A stretch of DNA of 61,134 nucleotides from Candidatus Micrarchaeota archaeon (GCA_040754495.1 JBFMCO010000046.1:1-61134); one strand, 5' to 3'; shown: positions 28,073 through 37,487, counted from the first letter of the stretch. The notes: generated from the sequence alone by a model not told the origin. A program made the numbers and translations.

Positions 28073-28483
28073 ATGAAGCTCGACGACACCGACGCGAAAA
28101 TCATCGAGATGCTGAAAAAGGACGCGCGGGCGAGCAACACCTCCATCGCGCGCTCCATCGGGCTCACCGAGGGCGCCGTGCGCTTCCGGATAAGGAAGCT
28201 CGCCTCATCCGGCGTCATCCGGCGCTTCACCGTGGAGGTATCTGAAGAGGCCAGCACATTCGCGGTCCTCATGGTCAAGGCGCGGGGCGAGACCAAGCGC
28301 ATGATGGGGGCCATATCGGACCTCGGCGTCCAGAAGGACGCATACGAGATATCAGGCGAGTTCGACGGCTGCATCATACTGGAGGGGGCTTCCGTAGACG
28401 AGATAGACCGGAAGATAGACCGCGTGAGGAAGCTCAAGGAGGTTGCCGACACGCGCACCTTCATATCCTTCAGGAGATGGTAG
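28073..28483 (+). CDS. Lrp/AsnC family transcriptional regulator
   Basis: LDDTDAKIIEMLKKDARASNTSIARSIGLTEGAVRFRIRKL and YEISGEFD. Confidence 0.93.
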   Translation: MKLDDTDAKIIEMLKKDARASNTSIARSIGLTEGAVRFRIRKLASSGVIRRFTVEVSEEASTFAVLMVKARGETKRMMGAISDLGVQKDAYEISGEFDGCIILEGASVDEIDRKIDRVRKLKEVADTRTFISFRRW

Positions 28484-28484
28484 G

Positions 28485-30050
28485 TCAGTCTATCGTCCCG
28501 AGCAGCATCTTTCTCATCTCTATCGGCTCCAGGTCTTTCAGCGCGTTGATGGCGAAACCGAGGTTGGACTCGCTCTGCGCGTAGATGGTGAACATCTTGT
28601 CGCCCTTCTCCACCCGGTCTCCCCGAAGCCGGTGGAGGAGCACGCCTGCGCCCTTGTCCCGGGGCGCGCCTGCTATCCGGGCGATTTTCGAGATTACCTT
28701 GTTGTCGATGTGGAATATGCTCCCGGCCACGTCCGAAGTCACGGCATGCGTGTACTGGCCGACAGGTATGTCCGACATCCTGACCTTCGGGTTGCCCCCC
28801 TGGAGCTCTACTATCTCCCTGAACTTGGCCATCGCCTTGCCGCTTGTCACGAGCCCTTCGGCGACCGAATAGCCCTTGCCCCGCTCGACCTTGCCGGAAA
28901 GCTCCAGCAGCTTGCCGGCCATGAGCAGGCCCTTGTGGCGCAGATCATCCGGCCCCTTCCCGTCCAGCACCTCCATCACGTCCAGGCACTCCAGGCCGGG
29001 ACCGACGCCGTTTCCGACAGGCTCCGCCCCATCCGTAATGATCGCCTCTATCTTCATGTCCAGCCTCTCACCGACTGAGAGGAAATGCTTGGCGAGCTCG
29101 TTGCCGCGCTCGACATACGGGACCTTCACCCCCCGGCCGACAGGGATGTCGATGAGGACGCATTCGGCCCCCACGCTCTTCTTCTTCCCCAGGATGCTCG
29201 CAAGCAGCATGCCCTCCGGGTCCAGGCTTAGCGGGTGCCTTATCTTGATGAGCTTGTCGTCCACCGGCGCGAGCTTCATGCCGCCGCCCCATACGATGGC
29301 CCCGTTCGCCTTCAGGACCATTGAGCGCAGCTCTTCCATGTTGAAAGTGACGTTAGCCAGCACTTCCATGGTGTCGGCAGTGCCTGCGGCCGATGTGATG
29401 GCGCGCGATGACGTCTTTGGTATATACAGCCCGGCCGCAGCGATTATCGGCACGATGACCATGGTCGTCCTGTTCCCGGCGACGCCCCCTATGCAGTGCT
29501 TGTCCAGGACAGGGCTCTTGCCGAGGTTGAGCTGCTCTCCGGATTCGACCGTAGCGTAAGCGAGCGCTATAACCTCGTCGTCGGAAAGGCCGTTGATGTA
29601 CGCCGCCGTTATCCATGCCGACGTTTCGATCTCGCTCAGCCGGTTCTGCATTATCTCCCTGACTATGGTGCGGATTTCAGCATCGTTCAGGGTGCCCTTG
29701 TCGAGCTTCTTCCTGATGTAGCGGATGGATTCCGGCCGGTCCATGTGCACTATCTCCACCACCTCCCCGTTCTTGAGGTTGTAATACTGCGCAATATCCC
29801 TGAAAACCCCGACCTCGCCCCGCTTGATGAGGTCCTCGCTGACATCCACGATTACGGTGTGCGGCTTCCCTTCGATATGCATCTCCGTGCGGTATCCCCA
29901 GTAGATATCGTGGTCCTGGGCCTCGCTCTTGTTGAGGACGATTATCTTCGCTCCTGTCAATATGTCGATTATTTTTACCCTGCACTCGTACTTCTTCAGC
30001 TTCCAGACATCCACTCTCTTCGTCGTCTTCTCTACGTATTCCACCATCAT
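28485..30050 (-). CDS. AMP phosphorylase (thymidine phosphorylase family)
   Basis: DKHCIGGVAGN, IPKTSSRAITSAAGTAD, APVDD and ASILGKK, with the archaeal N-terminal extension. Confidence 0.92.
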   Translation of the reverse strand: MMVEYVEKTTKRVDVWKLKKYECRVKIIDILTGAKIIVLNKSEAQDHDIYWGYRTEMHIEGKPHTVIVDVSEDLIKRGEVGVFRDIAQYYNLKNGEVVEIVHMDRPESIRYIRKKLDKGTLNDAEIRTIVREIMQNRLSEIETSAWITAAYINGLSDDEVIALAYATVESGEQLNLGKSPVLDKHCIGGVAGNRTTMVIVPIIAAAGLYIPKTSSRAITSAAGTADTMEVLANVTFNMEELRSMVLKANGAIVWGGGMKLAPVDDKLIKIRHPLSLDPEGMLLASILGKKKSVGAECVLIDIPVGRGVKVPYVERGNELAKHFLSVGERLDMKIEAIITDGAEPVGNGVGPGLECLDVMEVLDGKGPDDLRHKGLLMAGKLLELSGKVERGKGYSVAEGLVTSGKAMAKFREIVELQGGNPKVRMSDIPVGQYTHAVTSDVAGSIFHIDNKVISKIARIAGAPRDKGAGVLLHRLRGDRVEKGDKMFTIYAQSESNLGFAINALKDLEPIEMRKMLLGTID

Positions 30051-30056
30051 AACACC

Positions 30057-30992
30057 TCATTCGTAAAGCTTTATCCCCAGTTTCTGCGTGGCCATCGCGA
30101 AGAACGACTGGGGCGGTATGACCCCCGCCTCAGTGATGTATCCGCTGATGTACTTTGCGGCCGTGGCCTCGAATGCCGGGTTCCTGATTTTCACGCCCCT
30201 TGGCGGCCTGTCCCAGACCTCTTTCGGGTCGCGCTCCTCGATTTTTTCCAGCGTCCCGAAAATGGTCATGGGGCTGTACTTGAACAGCTCGGCCGCGCTG
30301 TAGAACGACACGTCGTTCATCCTTGCGATGTGTGCAAGCGCCGAGGTCCCTATCTTGTTGATGAGGTCGCCCCTTGAGGTCACCGAATCCGCGCCCACGA
30401 TGACTATGTCGGCCTTCTTCATGAGGAGGTTCATCGCCCCGTCTACTGACAGCGTGACGTCTATCCCGGCCTTCGCGAGCTCGGCGGCCGTCGTCCTCCC
30501 CTGGTAGCGCGGCCTGGTCTCGAAGCAGGCGACGCTGAATTTTTTCCTCATCTTTTTTGCCGCTATCAGGACGCGCGTCGAGGTGGAGGAATGGCAGTGC
30601 GTGAGGACGAGCGCGCCATCGGGAATGAGCTTGGCTCCGTACTCGGAGAGCCTCTTCGCCCCCTCATCCACCCTGGCGAGCATCTCCCTCTCGTGGGCAA
30701 GGAGCAGTCTCTTCAGCTCCGCGACGCCCGAGGCTTCAGGGGCGTTCCCGGCCGCAAAGCGCGACGCCTCGTCCAGCATGTTCCTCATCATCGGCTCCGT
30801 GGGCCGGCTCGCTGAAAGGGCATCTGCGGCAAGCGTTACGTCCTTGCAGAACGCTGAAAGCGTCTTCGCTTTCGAGTCCTTCGCCGCGGCCATCAGCGCC
30901 GAGACGGCGCTTTTGGCGACGTTCCTCGCGCCTTGTATCTTAAGCGATTTGATATCCCTGATGGTCGCCAACACGTCCCTGTGCATACGCAC
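30057..30992 (-). CDS. Ribose-1,5-bisphosphate isomerase (eIF-2B family)
   Basis: IQGARNVA, SRPTEP, LTHCHSST, ETRPRYQG, VGADSV, NKIGT and NPAFEAT; adjacent to AMP phosphorylase. Confidence 0.9.
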   Translation of the reverse strand: MRMHRDVLATIRDIKSLKIQGARNVAKSAVSALMAAAKDSKAKTLSAFCKDVTLAADALSASRPTEPMMRNMLDEASRFAAGNAPEASGVAELKRLLLAHEREMLARVDEGAKRLSEYGAKLIPDGALVLTHCHSSTSTRVLIAAKKMRKKFSVACFETRPRYQGRTTAAELAKAGIDVTLSVDGAMNLLMKKADIVIVGADSVTSRGDLINKIGTSALAHIARMNDVSFYSAAELFKYSPMTIFGTLEKIEERDPKEVWDRPPRGVKIRNPAFEATAAKYISGYITEAGVIPPQSFFAMATQKLGIKLYE

Positions 30993-31018
30993 TTGTAACA
31001 GAGGCTAGGAATAAATAT

Positions 31019-31543
31019 TTACTGGAAGACGAGGACGCGTGACAGGCCCGGCGCGTCGTCGTTGAAATTGTACCTGCCATCGTCCACGATGCTGACTGCA
31101 CGATTGTGCCTTCTCCTGACGAACCCGGCAAGGGAGTCGAACCCCTTAGCGAAATCCCCCTCGCCAAGATGAATGAGGCTCCGCAGATAGGCGAGCACTT
31201 TCCCGAATGAGATGCCGTCCCCGCTTATCGCGGTCACGATGCCGACAGGCTTGGCCGGGACGTCCGTGTAGGGGTCAGCGCCTATTATTGCGCAGTCCCG
31301 GAATGCGTCCTGGACGTGCGCAGCCTCGAGCGCCCCGGTGAAGCGCCGCGGGACGTCCCTCAGGAGGCGGCCGAGGCGCACACCGTCCTCGCTTTCCAGC
31401 AGGGCCCTGCGCACCTCCAGGTTGTCGGGCAGCGGCCGGTGGGCGGTCAGGATAATCCTGGCCCCGGCCCGCCTCAGGGCCGGAATCGTCCTCATGGCCT
31501 CCGAGTTCATGCCATCGCGCAAAATAAGCGCGCCGTATTCCAC
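31019..31543 (-). CDS. Hypothetical protein (start uncertain)
   Basis: 174-aa ORF filling the gap. The frame is open further upstream but has no ATG. Confidence 0.55.
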   Translation of the reverse strand: MEYGALILRDGMNSEAMRTIPALRRAGARIILTAHRPLPDNLEVRRALLESEDGVRLGRLLRDVPRRFTGALEAAHVQDAFRDCAIIGADPYTDVPAKPVGIVTAISGDGISFGKVLAYLRSLIHLGEGDFAKGFDSLAGFVRRRHNRAVSIVDDGRYNFNDDAPGLSRVLVFQ

Positions 31544-31710
31544 AAGCAGCGTCTTGCCGGCCCAGGGGCTGTTGCACGCGCAGAAGTGTCCCCCGGGAGA
31601 GCCCTGGCCATCAGCATGGATATATCTCTGTGTAGCAATAATTATAAAATTGTGTCACAAGTAGTGCGGATGATAAATGAAAAGAAAATAAAGGAAAAAA
31701 GGAGAGAAAG

Positions 31711-32025
31711 CTAACCGAACAGCGAAGCAAGACCTTCAGCGGCCTGCTCCTCCTTCTTGCCTTCGTCCTCCTTCTTCTCTTCCTTCTTCGCCTCGCCGGC
31801 GGCCGCCGGAGCGGCTGCGGCCGGGGCTGCAGCCACCATCATGGACTGCTTGAGCAGGTCCTCGAAGTTCACGCCCTTGACCGCTTCGGCCAAGACCTTC
31901 GCGCGGGCCTCGTCTACGTCGGCGCCGCTCGCCTTCACGACGGCCACTATGCCGTCCTTGCTCACTTCCTTCCCGGCCCCGTGCAATACGAGCACGGCGT
32001 GCAAATATGGGTCAACCTTCGTCAT
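31711..32025 (-). CDS. rpl12: 50S ribosomal stalk protein P1/P2 (aL12)
   Basis: YLHAVLVLH, Ala-rich hinge and acidic C-terminus AAEGLASLFG. Confidence 0.95.
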   Translation of the reverse strand: MTKVDPYLHAVLVLHGAGKEVSKDGIVAVVKASGADVDEARAKVLAEAVKGVNFEDLLKQSMMVAAAPAAAAPAAAGEAKKEEKKEDEGKKEEQAAEGLASLFG

Positions 32026-32069
32026 GTACACACCTCTGAAAGGAACCACGGTTCCTTTTCATCTTCCTT

Positions 32070-32924
32070 TTATTTCTTCAGGCCCTCCAGAGCCATCCCC
32101 TGCCTCATGGCAGAGGAGAGAAGCCGCTCTATGGAGCCTGATGAGTATAATCCGCCGTTCAGGGACACGTTCATGGCCTGCCTCAGTGCGTCCCCGAGGA
32201 GCACGTCTATGTTCTGCCCGGTCGGGTAGCAGATGTTGAGCGAGAGGTTGAGCCCCTGCGAAAGGCCCGCGGCCATGTCAGCGCTTATCGTGTCGCCGAT
32301 GTCGAGGAGCTCCTTGCCATAGACGTATTCGCCGTCGAATCCGAACAGCAGGTTAGCCGTCAGCTCGAAGGGCATCACGCCCAGGCTCTGGAGCGCCTTG
32401 ACCTTGGGCCCGGTGAGCTTCTCGCCGCCTTTTGCGACGACGCTCTCCTTGGAGACGATGATCTTGCCGCCCTTTATCTGGACGTTCACGCCGCCTGCCT
32501 TGAGCTCGGAGAGCGCCGGTCCGGGCGGGAGGTCCGTTTCCCCTTCGGGAATGACTATGTCCGCGACAGCCACATCTCCGACCTTTGCCGCCCTCTTCTT
32601 CTTGTGCTGCTTGAAGAAGGAATTCACCTCGTATGCGGACTTGTTGGTGAGTATGAGCGCGACGGGCTTCTCAGTCTCGCCCACCTTCGCCGCGAGCTTC
32701 TTGTTAGAAGCGAGGACGCGGCTGATTACCGCCTTCTTGAGGACGAACACCTTCCCTCCGTCGTCCCTTATCCTCTTCCTGAGGGACTGGAAAAGCGCGT
32801 CCGGCAGCTTGCGCAAATCGAGCACGGCGACGGTCTTGTATCTCTTCATCTCGGCGATGGTCGTCGCGGTCTGCTCGACCTTCCTCCTCACTTCCTTCCT
32901 GTTAATATCAGTCTTGTATGCCAT
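32070..32924 (-). CDS. rpl10: 50S ribosomal protein uL10 (P0)
   Basis: Lies between rpl1 and rpl12; contains AKVGDVAVADIVIPEGETDLPPGP and IKGGKI. Confidence 0.93.
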   Translation of the reverse strand: MAYKTDINRKEVRRKVEQTATTIAEMKRYKTVAVLDLRKLPDALFQSLRKRIRDDGGKVFVLKKAVISRVLASNKKLAAKVGETEKPVALILTNKSAYEVNSFFKQHKKKRAAKVGDVAVADIVIPEGETDLPPGPALSELKAGGVNVQIKGGKIIVSKESVVAKGGEKLTGPKVKALQSLGVMPFELTANLLFGFDGEYVYGKELLDIGDTISADMAAGLSQGLNLSLNICYPTGQNIDVLLGDALRQAMNVSLNGGLYSSGSIERLLSSAMRQGMALEGLKK

Positions 32925-32934
32925 GATTATCCCC

Positions 32935-33573
32935 TCAGGCGACCCTCACGGGCTTGCCCATCGTCAGCTTCACGAAGACCGAGCGGATGTTGCCTTCGTT
33001 CACCCTCGCCTTCACCGCATCATATACGCTCTCGGCGTTCTCGACCAGGTCCTCGGTCTCCATGGCCTCGGTCCCGATGAGCGCCTGGGCGGTCGGCAGG
33101 TATTTCCCCTTGGACACTATCCTCACGCTCTTCTTCGAGCGCTCGAGCAGCTCCTTTATGTTGCCCGTCATGGGCTTGGGGAGCTTGCCCCGTTTGCCGA
33201 GCGACTGGCCGAGCGATTTTGCGACCACGCCCATCAGGTTCGGCTGCGCGAGCAGGAAATATCCGTCTGCCAGCTCCTTGACCTTGGCCGGCTGCGCCCA
33301 GGACGCGATGGAATCCGGCGTGATTATGAGATCCGCCCCCGCCCTCTTCGCATCGTCGGCCGTGGTCCCCTCCGCGAATACCGCGGACCTGAGCTCCTTG
33401 CCGCCTTTGCCCTTGGGAAGCACTATATCCAGGTTGAGCCTGTTCTCGCTCTTGTTGAAGTCGATGCTCCTGATGTTGATGATGAGCTCGACGCTCTGCC
33501 TGAACTTCCTCTTTCCTTTCTCTTCAAGGGCCTTCTTGATGGCCTCTACAAGCTTTTTCCTGTCCATAAACAA
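32935..33573 (-). CDS. rpl1: 50S ribosomal protein uL1
   Basis: KRKFRQSVELIINI, LGKRGKLPKP and SVFVKLTMGKP. Confidence 0.95.
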   Translation of the reverse strand: MFMDRKKLVEAIKKALEEKGKRKFRQSVELIINIRSIDFNKSENRLNLDIVLPKGKGGKELRSAVFAEGTTADDAKRAGADLIITPDSIASWAQPAKVKELADGYFLLAQPNLMGVVAKSLGQSLGKRGKLPKPMTGNIKELLERSKKSVRIVSKGKYLPTAQALIGTEAMETEDLVENAESVYDAVKARVNEGNIRSVFVKLTMGKPVRVA

Positions 33574-33725
33574 GCCCTCCTACCTGGATGCCCGGCAGCC
33601 CGCAACGGGTTTCCGGTTTCCAGTAGTGATATCGGGTGAGAGTTATTGTATGGGGGTATTATTATAAAGCTATTCCAGGGCCGGCGTCGTCCCGGGCGGC
33701 TCAGGTCCGCCCTGCGGGCACCCGC

Positions 33726-34217
33726 TCATTCCTGTGCAGTTATTATGGCGCCCTCGGTCTCTGCCGACACGTGCACGCAGCCGAGCACCCCGTTCGCCTT
33801 CGCGAAGTGGTACGGCAGCCTGCGGACCGCGACGCGAAACAAGCTCATGTCCATCCGCATCCCGCCCCACACTTTCTGCTCTTCATAGAGCGGAAGCGCA
33901 ACATCCCCCTCGTACCTGCCGTTGTTGAAGAGCATCGCGACAAGCCGCCCCTGCTCGTCGAGGTGGGTGAACCTCATCTCGAAGACGCCCCTTCCGGCCC
34001 TTATCCTGATGCCTTCTCCGGCGCGCACGTTCTTGAGTGCGTTCCTGGCCCCATTCCTGTCCTCAAGGTCCAGTTCCGCGACGATGCACACCCCGTTGCC
34101 CGAAGAAGCCGCTATTATTGCCTCGACCTTGGGCTCGGGCGCCTGCCTCAATGCCGGGAGTGGCTCCCTCCCGTGGCGCTTCCCGTAAGCTGAATTGAAG
34201 TCGAGGACTTTGGCCAT
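33726..34217 (-). CDS. Hypothetical protein
   Basis: The likely start is MAKVLDF (34217), giving 163 aa. Confidence 0.55.
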   Translation of the reverse strand: MAKVLDFNSAYGKRHGREPLPALRQAPEPKVEAIIAASSGNGVCIVAELDLEDRNGARNALKNVRAGEGIRIRAGRGVFEMRFTHLDEQGRLVAMLFNNGRYEGDVALPLYEEQKVWGGMRMDMSLFRVAVRRLPYHFAKANGVLGCVHVSAETEGAIITAQE

Positions 34218-34371
34218 GCAAAAGAATAAATGTGGTAAAATATTTAAAGATGAGTTATTTCTTGGCCGGCGGCTCGCATATCGGGCCGCCGAAGCAGTCC
34301 CACACCGGCAGGGCGATTTCCCCGCAGGCCCTCTCAATGACACGCGGCACTGGCGGCCAGGAATCCACAGC

Positions 34372-34399
34372 CGGTTTCGGGTTTCCGGTCTCCCGTTTC
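34372..34399. repeat. Degenerate 7-bp tandem array, 4 units (T-rich orientation)
   Basis: CGGTTTC GGGTTTC CGGTCTC CCGTTTC. Confidence 0.7.
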
Positions 34400-34445
34400 G
34401 CGTCGTGGAGGCCTGGCTTGGATTCGGGGGGCTTGCGTCCGTTCA

Positions 34446-34559
34446 TCAGAGTTCACCGACCCTTCTTTTCATCTTCCTCTTGAGCCTCTTGCGCCTTTTC
34501 TTGACCCATTTCCAGCGCATGCGGTTCTTCTTCTTCCATTTTCTCGGTTTTGCACCCAT
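34446..34559 (-). CDS. rpl41e: Ribosomal protein eS32 (eL41), 37 aa
   Basis: [37 protein letters not shown] matches the archaeal PRKWKKKxRMRWKW pattern. It is below the ORF-track size cutoff. Confidence 0.88.
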   Translation of the reverse strand: MGAKPRKWKKKNRMRWKWVKKRRKRLKRKMKRRVGEL

Positions 34560-34707
34560 GAGTCCACCTGAATGAATGACTGGCGATAATTCGTGGACTG
34601 ATAATCAATAGTTCAACTTAAATATGTTTCGGGTTGTTTTTCTGACCGGGCCGACCTAGATTCCCCGGCAGGACCGGTCCGACTGATTTAGCATGGAGGG
34701 GTTTTCA

Positions 34708-35385
34708 ATGAAATACAAGATTGAGGGCGACGTGATGCAGATACTCACCCTGGAGCTGGACCAGGGCGACGAGGTTTTCTCGGAATCGGGCGCGATGGCA
34801 TGGATGAGCGCCAACATGGAGATGGAATCCTACATGCGCGGCGGCCTGGGTGCCGGCCTTGGCAGGATGTTCACCGGGGAGTCGCTGTTCCTGGTGAAGT
34901 TCAAGAGCGGCGCTGGCAAGGGCATCGTATCGTTCGCCCCGTCTTTCCCGGGCAAGATACTGCCCCTCGAGATAGCGCCGGGCAAGGAGATGATATGCCA
35001 GAAGGACTCGTTCCTTGCTGCCCAGGAATCCGTAAATCTCGAGACCGTCTTCAGGAAGAAGCTCGGCGTCGGCCTTTTCGGGGGCGAGGGCTTCCTGCTC
35101 CAGAAGCTGACCGGGAGCGGCATGGCGTTTGCCGAAATCGACGGCGAGGTGTTCGAGATGCAGCTGAAACCCGGCGAGAAGCTCAAAGTCGACACCGGCT
35201 CGATAGCGATGTTCGAGCCGTCGATAAAATACGAAGTCGAGATGGTTAAAGGCGTGAAGAACATGCTTTTCGGCGGGGAAGGCCTGTTCCTCGCTACTCT
35301 CGAAGGGCCCGGCAAAATCTGGCTCCAGAGCATGCCGGCAAGCAGCGTGGCGCAGAAAATCCTCCAGTACATGCCAAGGGGCTGA
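34708..35385 (+). CDS. TIGR00266/AIM24 family protein
   Basis: ESGAMAW, FTGESLF, CQKDSFLA, FGGEGF, VDTG and GPGKIWLQS. Confidence 0.9.
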   Translation: MKYKIEGDVMQILTLELDQGDEVFSESGAMAWMSANMEMESYMRGGLGAGLGRMFTGESLFLVKFKSGAGKGIVSFAPSFPGKILPLEIAPGKEMICQKDSFLAAQESVNLETVFRKKLGVGLFGGEGFLLQKLTGSGMAFAEIDGEVFEMQLKPGEKLKVDTGSIAMFEPSIKYEVEMVKGVKNMLFGGEGLFLATLEGPGKIWLQSMPASSVAQKILQYMPRG

Positions 35386-35387
35386 AG

Positions 35388-35678
35388 ATGGAATCGAAGG
35401 ACGTCATGCTCGCGGCGGCATCGCTTGCCGCCGTGCTCTTCCTTATCCTCGTCGGAGTCATCGCCCTGGTCTTCCTTTTTACGCTGGGCTCGCCCCTGAT
35501 GATGCTCGCCGGGCTCCTCGCGATGGGCGCCCTCGGCCTAATCGCGCTTTTCGGGCTGCTCGCGGCCCTCGTGAGCGTGTGGTATGTAATCTACGCGCTC
35601 CTGAAATCCGCGATGGAGCAGAAGGCTCCTGAGAAGCAGAAGGGCGGATACACGCTCGGGCGGATAAAGAAAGCCTAG
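35388..35678 (+). CDS. Small membrane protein
   Basis: Long hydrophobic stretch (2 TM); starts 2 bp after the AIM24 stop. Confidence 0.7.
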   Translation: MESKDVMLAAASLAAVLFLILVGVIALVFLFTLGSPLMMLAGLLAMGALGLIALFGLLAALVSVWYVIYALLKSAMEQKAPEKQKGGYTLGRIKKA

Positions 35679-36142
35679 GATGCGGCGAGCGCTTTTGCCC
35701 GCTCATAAATCCTCATGATGTTCTTCCAGTGCCCGCCTTCCCAGAAAACCCTGCCGCATCTTGTGCAGCGCCAGAACTGGTCGTTGTGCTCAATCACGTT
35801 CGCCGGAAGGTCCTTCACGCTCTCCTTTGGGGCCTTCACAAGCTCCCCGTTGCAGGAGGCGCACCTTGTTTTTTCAGGGAAGGTGATGTGCCCGCCGTAT
35901 TCCCTTATAATCTGGGCGAGCTGCTCCTCAATCCTGTCGCTCTTGATGAGCATGAACTGCACGCCGTGCTTCTCGCACCGCAGGGAGAGCGGAAGGTCCC
36001 TCGTAACGAAAACCAGGCCGTTCTTTTCGGCATAAGCGAGGAGCTGGCTGTCGGATTTGCCAGGGAGGAACTCGGAGTCCAGCCCGAGTATCCTGCACCA
36101 TGAAGCGAGGCGCTTTAGCATCTCGTCGAAAAGGAATCGCAT
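35675..36142 (-). CDS. Mut7-C RNase domain protein (PIN-like + Zn ribbon)
   Basis: MRFLFDEMLKRLASWCRILGLD, FVTRD, RCASCNG and CTRCGRVFWEGGH. Confidence 0.9.
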   Translation of the reverse strand: MRFLFDEMLKRLASWCRILGLDSEFLPGKSDSQLLAYAEKNGLVFVTRDLPLSLRCEKHGVQFMLIKSDRIEEQLAQIIREYGGHITFPEKTRCASCNGELVKAPKESVKDLPANVIEHNDQFWRCTRCGRVFWEGGHWKNIMRIYERAKALAAS

Positions 36143-36144
36143 AA

Positions 36145-36450
36145 CTAGCTCAGGTTTATCTTGACGAACACGTTCGTCGGGACCTTTATCCTGAGAATCT
36201 GCTTTATCATCTTCTCTTCGCCCTCGACGTCGCAGAGGCGCTTGAAGACCCTCTTCTCCCAGTGCTCGTAGGTGTCGGTTCCGTCGCCGCAGGGCGTCCT
36301 CCTGCAGGAGATTTCGAGCTTCTTGCGCGGGAGCCTGACCGGGCCTATGAACTTCATGCTGAGGCTGTCCGATAGCGCCTTTATCTGGGCTACCACATTG
36401 TCCAGGGCCGCAGGGTCCTCTCCGCTGAGCTTGATTCTGACTTTTGTCAT
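36145..36450 (-). CDS. rps10: 30S ribosomal protein uS10
   Basis: KVRIKLSG, GPVRLP, RRTPCGDGTDTYEHWEKRVFKRL. Confidence 0.95.
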   Translation of the reverse strand: MTKVRIKLSGEDPAALDNVVAQIKALSDSLSMKFIGPVRLPRKKLEISCRRTPCGDGTDTYEHWEKRVFKRLCDVEGEEKMIKQILRIKVPTNVFVKINLS

Positions 36451-36563
36451 AAACGTTCACCGTAAGGATTTACCCCCTCTGAGAGAGTAAAATTCGCAGG
36501 GTAAATAGTAATGCCAAAGGTATTTAAAGTTGCTGACTGCCATTCCCGACGGAGGCAATCCGT

Positions 36564-37487
36564 ATGCAGCACGCGCTTTTCCTGAAGGATTTCGACTCGA
36601 AGTGGATTGAATCCGTTGTGGAGCTTGCGCTCGATATCAAGAAGAGCCCTGAAAAGTACTCGCAGGCGCTTTCGCGCAAGTCGCTCGCCATGATATTCCA
36701 GAAGTCGTCCACGCGGACGCGCATCTCGTTCGAGACCGGGATGACGAAGCTCGGCGGCCATGCAATCTTCATAGACTGGAGGACGACGCAGATAGGGCTC
36801 GGGGCGGTCGCGGACGAGGCCAAAGTCATCTCCCGCTACGTGGATGCCATCATGGTGCGCCCGATGCGCCATGCCACGGTGGCAGAGTTCGCGAAAGCCT
36901 CGCGCGTCCCCGTGATAAACGGGCTGTGCGAGAAGTACCATCCCTGCCAGGCGCTCGCGGACATCCTGACGATAAGGGAGAAGCTCGGGAAGCTGGAAGG
37001 GGCCAGGGTCGTCTATGTCGGCATAGGCAACAACGTCAGCAACTCCCTTTCGGTCGCCTGCGCGAAGGCAGGCTGCGACTTCACGCTCTGCGTGCCCGAG
37101 AAGGACCCGGACAGCCTTGATTCGGAGCAGCAGGAGATGCTCGACAAATCAGGCCATTACCGCGAGGAGCCGGACATAAAAAATGCGGTCAGGGGCGCGG
37201 ACATCCTCTACACGGACACCTGGGTGAACATGGAGTTCTTCAACGACCCGAAATTCGCGCAGGAAAAAGCCCGGCGCGAGAGGGTGTTCATGCCATACCA
37301 GCTCAACAAGGCGATGCTCGATCTGGCCGGCCCGCAGGCGCATTCGATGCACGACATGCCCGCGCACATCGGCTACGAAATCGACGAATACGCGCTCCGC
37401 GGGCCGCGCTCGCTCGCATTCGACCAGGCGGAGAATCGGATGTGGGCGCAGATGGCCCTGCTCATCAAGCTCCTTGGCAAAGGATAA
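36564..37487 (+). CDS. argF: Ornithine carbamoyltransferase
   Basis: FQKSSTRTRISF, PVINGL, HPCQALAD, GIGNNV, YTDTW and QAENR; the cluster also contains carAB. Confidence 0.88.
   Translation: MQHALFLKDFDSKWIESVVELALDIKKSPEKYSQALSRKSLAMIFQKSSTRTRISFETGMTKLGGHAIFIDWRTTQIGLGAVADEAKVISRYVDAIMVRPMRHATVAEFAKASRVPVINGLCEKYHPCQALADILTIREKLGKLEGARVVYVGIGNNVSNSLSVACAKAGCDFTLCVPEKDPDSLDSEQQEMLDKSGHYREEPDIKNAVRGADILYTDTWVNMEFFNDPKFAQEKARRERVFMPYQLNKAMLDLAGPQAHSMHDMPAHIGYEIDEYALRGPRSLAFDQAENRMWAQMALLIKLLGKG

Noticed and set aside
31650-31660. Palindrome TTGTG-T-CACAA next to a TATA-like box
   Set aside because: It is an isolated 5-bp arm palindrome with no second copy noticed.
36468-36506. 8-bp inverted repeat ATTTACCC/GGGTAAAT between rps10 and argF
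   Set aside because: It is short, has a 23-bp spacer and occurs once in AT-rich promoter DNA, so it cannot be distinguished from chance.
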